Below, piece after piece: positions 59,168 through 64,000 of a stretch of DNA of 64,000 nucleotides. The translations under genes and the position numbers were made by a program. The DNA lies in contig NC_043014.1 of assembly GCF_006345805.1 (NCBI RefSeq), positions 47,926,001 to 47,990,000 on the forward strand, written 5' to 3'. The DNA is from Octopus sinensis. Taxonomy: Eukaryota. Numbering within the stretch: the first letter of the stretch is position 1; each line of letters starts with the position of its first letter. The notes under the pieces are model-generated. The model saw only the letters and a program-made list of their open reading frames with translations. It had not been told where the DNA came from and made no database searches.

Positions 59168-60699
59168 AATTGTTTTAACTGGTCAGGTGGAGATCTGACG
59201 TTGCCATATTTCCATCACTACAGGACAAGTCAGAGACTTGGTAAGCAGTAATCTGCTACTGATCATCATGTAAACCAGTAAAATCCAGGTAAAATTAGTG
59301 TATCAAACACTAAAGCTAACAGCTCAACCATGGTGAAGAGTATAACACCCTGCAGAATGAAAAACAAGACATGTCAAAGGGTAGATGAACCCCAAAGAGT
59401 CAACAGCCATGTCATTCATCATCATCATTTAACATCCGCTTTCAATGCTAGCATGGGTTGGACGTGTGACTGAGGGCTGGCGAACCAGTTGGCTGCACCA
59501 GGCTTCAATCTTGATCTGGCAGAGTTTCTACAGCTGGATGCCCTTCCTAACGCCAACGTAATTAATCTGTATATATGCATGTGCACATAATATGTAATTT
59601 ACAAGCATATGTTAATGCATATTTACATTGATACATGTTTGGAGAAATGCCTCGGTTGGGGCCTGGACACACATTAAACCACTCAGAGAAGGAAACCTCT
59701 GAATTCAAATCTCCCTTGACTTATGGTCTCAATTTAATGGACAAGGCTAGGATATGGGTCCTGATATAAAACCTGTCATGGATACAGATACTGGTTGTCC
59801 CGTTCTTGCTTGTCATTGCATATTTAATATAGACACTTAGTGGGTGCAGGAATGGCTGCGTGGTTGAGAAGTTTGCTTCCAAACATATGGTTGTGGGTTC
59901 AGTCTCATTGTGTAGCACCATGACCAAGTGTCTTCTATAGCCCTAGGCCAACCAAAACCTTGGGTGCTGATTTGGTAGACAAAAACTGAAAGAAGCTTAT
60001 GTATTTATGCATATATGCGTATAAAGGTGTGTGTGTTTTTATGTACCTTCGTCTTGACATTACATGATGGTTGTACACAAATGTTACCCTCATGCAAGCA
60101 AAGTGGTTTGTTTCTAATCTTCCACAAAAACATGCCTAGAAAGTCCTGTGATTGTGGAAATGTGGTGGCCAGTGATTTTATGTGACACCAGCACCAACAG
60201 GGTTACCGAAACACTGGTGATGGTACCACATAAAAAGCACCTAGTGTACTCTTTAAAGTGGTTGGCATTAGGAAAGGCATCCAGCTATACAAACCATGCC
60301 AAAACAGATAACGGAACCTGGAGTGGCTTCTGGCCTCGCCAGCTCTTTTCAAATCATCCAGGCCTTGCCAGCATGGAAAACAGACATTAAATGATGATAT
60401 ACACACACACAGATATAAATACATGCACATGACATCAATATATAGATACTGAGTAATACTAACTGATTAAATGATGACCATATAGCAATATGCAAGAATA
60501 CACACACACATACATACATACATACATAAAGATTATCTGTCTATATATATATATATGAGCAAAACGCCCCTTTCCAATGGATGGTGCTGAGTTGTCAAAC
60601 ATTTAAACCAAATTTTCTCAGAACAACTTGTCCGACCGTCCCATAGGCCTCCCCTTTGAGAAACACTGATTTAACCTAAATTTGAGACACTGTGCATTT

Positions 60700-60925
60700 T
60701 TCTCGCACACGCATAGTATCAATCGCAACAGCTGATGTACTTGCACGTACAAATGCACGTTCCCACAGCTTTATCAATCGCATTCTCACCAGGAATCGAT
60801 TTTTGTAATTTTTTCAAGACTTATACACGCCCTGATACCTTTGGTATCTACATATCAAATTTGAGCCGGATGGAGGATGCCCGAGATCCTAGAAGAGACA
60901 GACAGAACGGATTTTATATAATAGA
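60700..60925 (-). mobile_element. Helitron/DINE-like 5' portion
   Basis: Minus A|TCTATTATATAAAATCCGTTCTGTCTGTC..CCGGCTCAAATTTG; no convincing hairpin+CTAG 3' end found; left boundary is a guess. Confidence 0.55.
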
Positions 60926-61107
60926 TGTGTGTGTGTATGTGTCAATATGTATATATGTATCTGAAAAAGCTTCCTTTCTATTTATAGCAAATTATAGAGA
61001 TTTTAATTAGTAAGAGCAAATCTTGTCAAAACTCAGGATTGAACTAAAAACCTTTAGAACTTCTAATCCCATGCTCTCCCAACTGAATTATTTCAGTTAC
61101 CCGTTAA

Positions 61108-61317
61108 CCCTGTCATTACCATATTTCTGTTGAGATGCTCTGTGTTTCTTTCAATCAATTTTAAATATAACAAAAGAATTTAGTAAAATAACTTAGTTAT
61201 CATTAAGCTAGTGTTAGGAACATAAATTGTGACTAAGGTTTGGTGGAAGGTTTTAATTCAAAACTTATGAAAATAAGACATTTGTACTCAGCCAGAACTG
61301 GATTGGTAACGAGAGGA
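61108..61317 (+). mobile_element. piggyBac-like MITE P1
   Basis: TTAA|CCCTGTCATTACC...GGTAACGAGAGGA|TTAA; homologous to 2931-3144. Confidence 0.85.
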
Positions 61318-62562
61318 TTAAATTATAGAAATATATTTTTACTGTCATTAAAATGAGACTTTGCTGAAGAACACTATACAAAATATGTTGAAGAATGGTG
61401 AGAGAAAAGAAATCTTGAATTTAAAAGAAAAATCATTCAAAACTGTAAAAAGTTTGCTTTGTTTCTATATTATGCTATGCATTTAATTGTTTTAGATTTG
61501 TCAGAAATCTCTATATGTACATAAATAATAGAGCAGACAATAGTTAGGGTGACCACTCTTCTTAATATACAGAACACTTAGCATCAGACGTGTTATTGTC
61601 ATTGTTTAATGACCACTTTACCATAAGTGAGACAGAGTTTCCTGGGGCAGATCTTTTACAAACAGATGTTCTTCCTGTCAACAACTCTTGCCTGTTTCCA
61701 AGCAAGATATTTACCCATGACAAGAAAAGCTTTTCATGAAAGCGCGGAAATAAATGGCACTGCTTCTATGACAGTGACACTCATTTACAACTATCACAAT
61801 GTCAAGACAAGGTGTCACAAACATACACAGACACATATGTATACATATACATAATGGGCTTCTTTCAGTTTCCATCTACCATATCCACTCAAAACGCTTT
61901 GACAGAATTGTCATCATTGGAACACATTTCATTATAGTTTTTCCATGACAACCGATCTGGGACCACACAAAAACAAACACCAATGTTTAATTGGAGCAAA
62001 CAAGGGGAACCCTTTGTGTCGGTGGGCCATTTGCTAAATATGGAAACCAAATTTCCCTAAATCACACCCTACCCTCTTAAATTCTTTCTACTATAGGCAC
62101 AAGGCCTAAAATTTGGGGGGAGGGGCACTTGACAATTATATCTCACCCATTGCTCAACTGGTGCATTTTGTCCAGATTTCCAATAATTTTGTCAGCTCTC
62201 TGTCTTCCAAACATCTTCAATCAGAAAATAGTTTCATATGTACAAACAAGATGAAATTTATTGAGACAGATTTTTCTGTAGTCAGATGCCCTTTCTGTCA
62301 TCAAATCTCACTTATTTTCAAGCAAGGTAACATTACCACATGGCCAAACATATCCTTGCAGAATATTGGAAGTGAATGGCACTCCTTGAAAGACAGTCAT
62401 TTTACAATTATCATGTGATGTCAAAACAAGGACACACATACGCTACAGACACAAACAATTATAATCGTTATCATGGTAAAATTTGTTATATGTCTTATAT
62501 ATATATATATATATATACTTGACAATAATGTTATGGGGTTGACATATGCATGTGTGTATATT

Positions 62563-62609
<47 letters not shown>

Positions 62610-63724
62610 TGTGTTTGTGAATGTATGCATACAAGTGTGTGTATATTATACATGCATATTTACATACACACACAGGCATCTCTCTACCAAATCTGCTTCT
62701 TTCTTTCAAATCCACTCACAGGGCTTCAGTCAGCCTAAGATAATAGAAGACACTTGCCTAAGGTACCACATAGTGGGACTGAACTCACTACCATGTGGTT
62801 GGAATCAAACTTCTTAATCGCACAGCAATGCAGTGTGTGGGTACAAATATAAACATCAATATATAAATATAATAAATATAGGCATAATTATACAGATTCA
62901 CACACATAATTATATGGGTGTTTGTGTGTGTGTATATATATATATATATATACACACACACATATATAGATGGGAAGGAGAAGGGAAGAACTGCAGTGGG
63001 GCCCCACTGTTAGAGAAACAACAATGTTGTGAAGAAACTGTCTCTAAGATGCATCAAATCTATGCAACACGTGATACCACGAATATTACCCCCATTGCTA
63101 CATCTACTATCACCATCATCATCACACACACACACAAAAAAACAAACTTTGTTTATTAATTCTACAAAAACTATAACATAACAGGATGTGTGCTTGTGTG
63201 TATGTATATTATATATATATATATGCGCGCAAGTGCACGCCTCGTGTGTTAATGTGTACATATATATATAAATATATATACATACACACACACACTTGTA
63301 TCCACCCACACACCCACACATACCACGTGTTTGTGTAGAAAATGGGATGGTAAAGCTAGGAGGCGATGATGAGAGCATCTAGGTGGTTGCTAATCGTACT
63401 AGAAATAGCAGCCAAATTTCCCTCAAATCACACCCTACTGTCTTAAAGAAATACATTTGAGAATGTGAAATGCAATACACATCACACACAGTGGAATAGA
63501 TGAATTGCGAAAATAAAGTATCGTAAAACAGTAGAAAAAAAATAAGGCCATGTTTTTGATACTGCCACACCTCCTGATGTAGACTGACCTCATAGTATCA
63601 CTACACACAAGAAATAACAACCAAATTTTCCAAGGCATAGCTGCGTGATAAGAAGTTTGCTTCCCAGCCACATGGTCCTGGGTTCAGTCCCACAGCATGA
63701 CACTTTGAGCAAGTGTCTACTATA

Positions 63725-63931
63725 TACTTCTTTATTGCCCACAAGGGGCTAAACATAGAGGGGACAAACGGATTAAGTCAATTACATCGACCCCAGTGCG
63801 TAACTGGTACTTAATTTATCGACCCCAAAAGGATGAAAGGCAAAGTTGACCTCGGCAGAATTTGAACTCAGAACGTAACGGCTACGCATTTCGCCCGGTG
63901 TGCTAACGTTTCTGCCATCTCGCCACCTTAT
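63725..63931 (-). mobile_element. SINE family A nested in a SINE family B (63635-64000, +)
   Basis: TSD AGTGTCTAC(T/G)ATA (63712-63724 / 63932-63944) inside the SINE-B core. Confidence 0.88.
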
Positions 63932-64000
63932 AGTGTCTACGATAGCCTCAGGACAACCAAAACCTTGTTAGTAGATTTAATAGACAGAAACTGAAAGAAG

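Overview
AT-rich, repeat-dense animal genomic DNA. The repeat landscape (tRNA-headed SINEs, RTE/CR1 LINE debris, TTAA and 8-bp-TSD MITEs, huge (TA)n/(CA)n load) looks like an octopus/coleoid cephalopod genome; that assignment is inference from family resemblance. The only host coding sequence I can support is one 147-bp minus-strand exon (3418-3564) of a Cbl-family E3 ubiquitin ligase (TKB EF-hand). I found no upstream Cbl exon by eye, so the remaining ~60 kb is probably one giant intron. All long ORF-track entries are simple repeats or transposon relics (maT DD37D transposase, several RTE RT/C-terminal pieces, a young CR1 3' end). No CRISPR, rRNA or true tRNA genes. The most interesting signal is a set of fold-back elements carrying hammerhead-ribozyme (HHR) motifs. 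The clearest is a 485-bp head-to-head palindrome (30801-31285) in which each arm is a pol III tRNA-like head fused to a minimal hammerhead, flanked by a 13-bp duplication. A second is a perfect 157-bp-arm palindrome (21758-22076) whose apex is hammerhead stem II. Related (TA)n-anchored fold-backs share a 3' hairpin architecture. Other themes: locally templated inverted insertions, nested SINE/MITE stacks, a dimeric SINE subfamily, and the most abundant repeat being the VNTR-containing 3' UTR of an RTE LINE. Coordinates were counted by hand and degraded-element boundaries are approximate.
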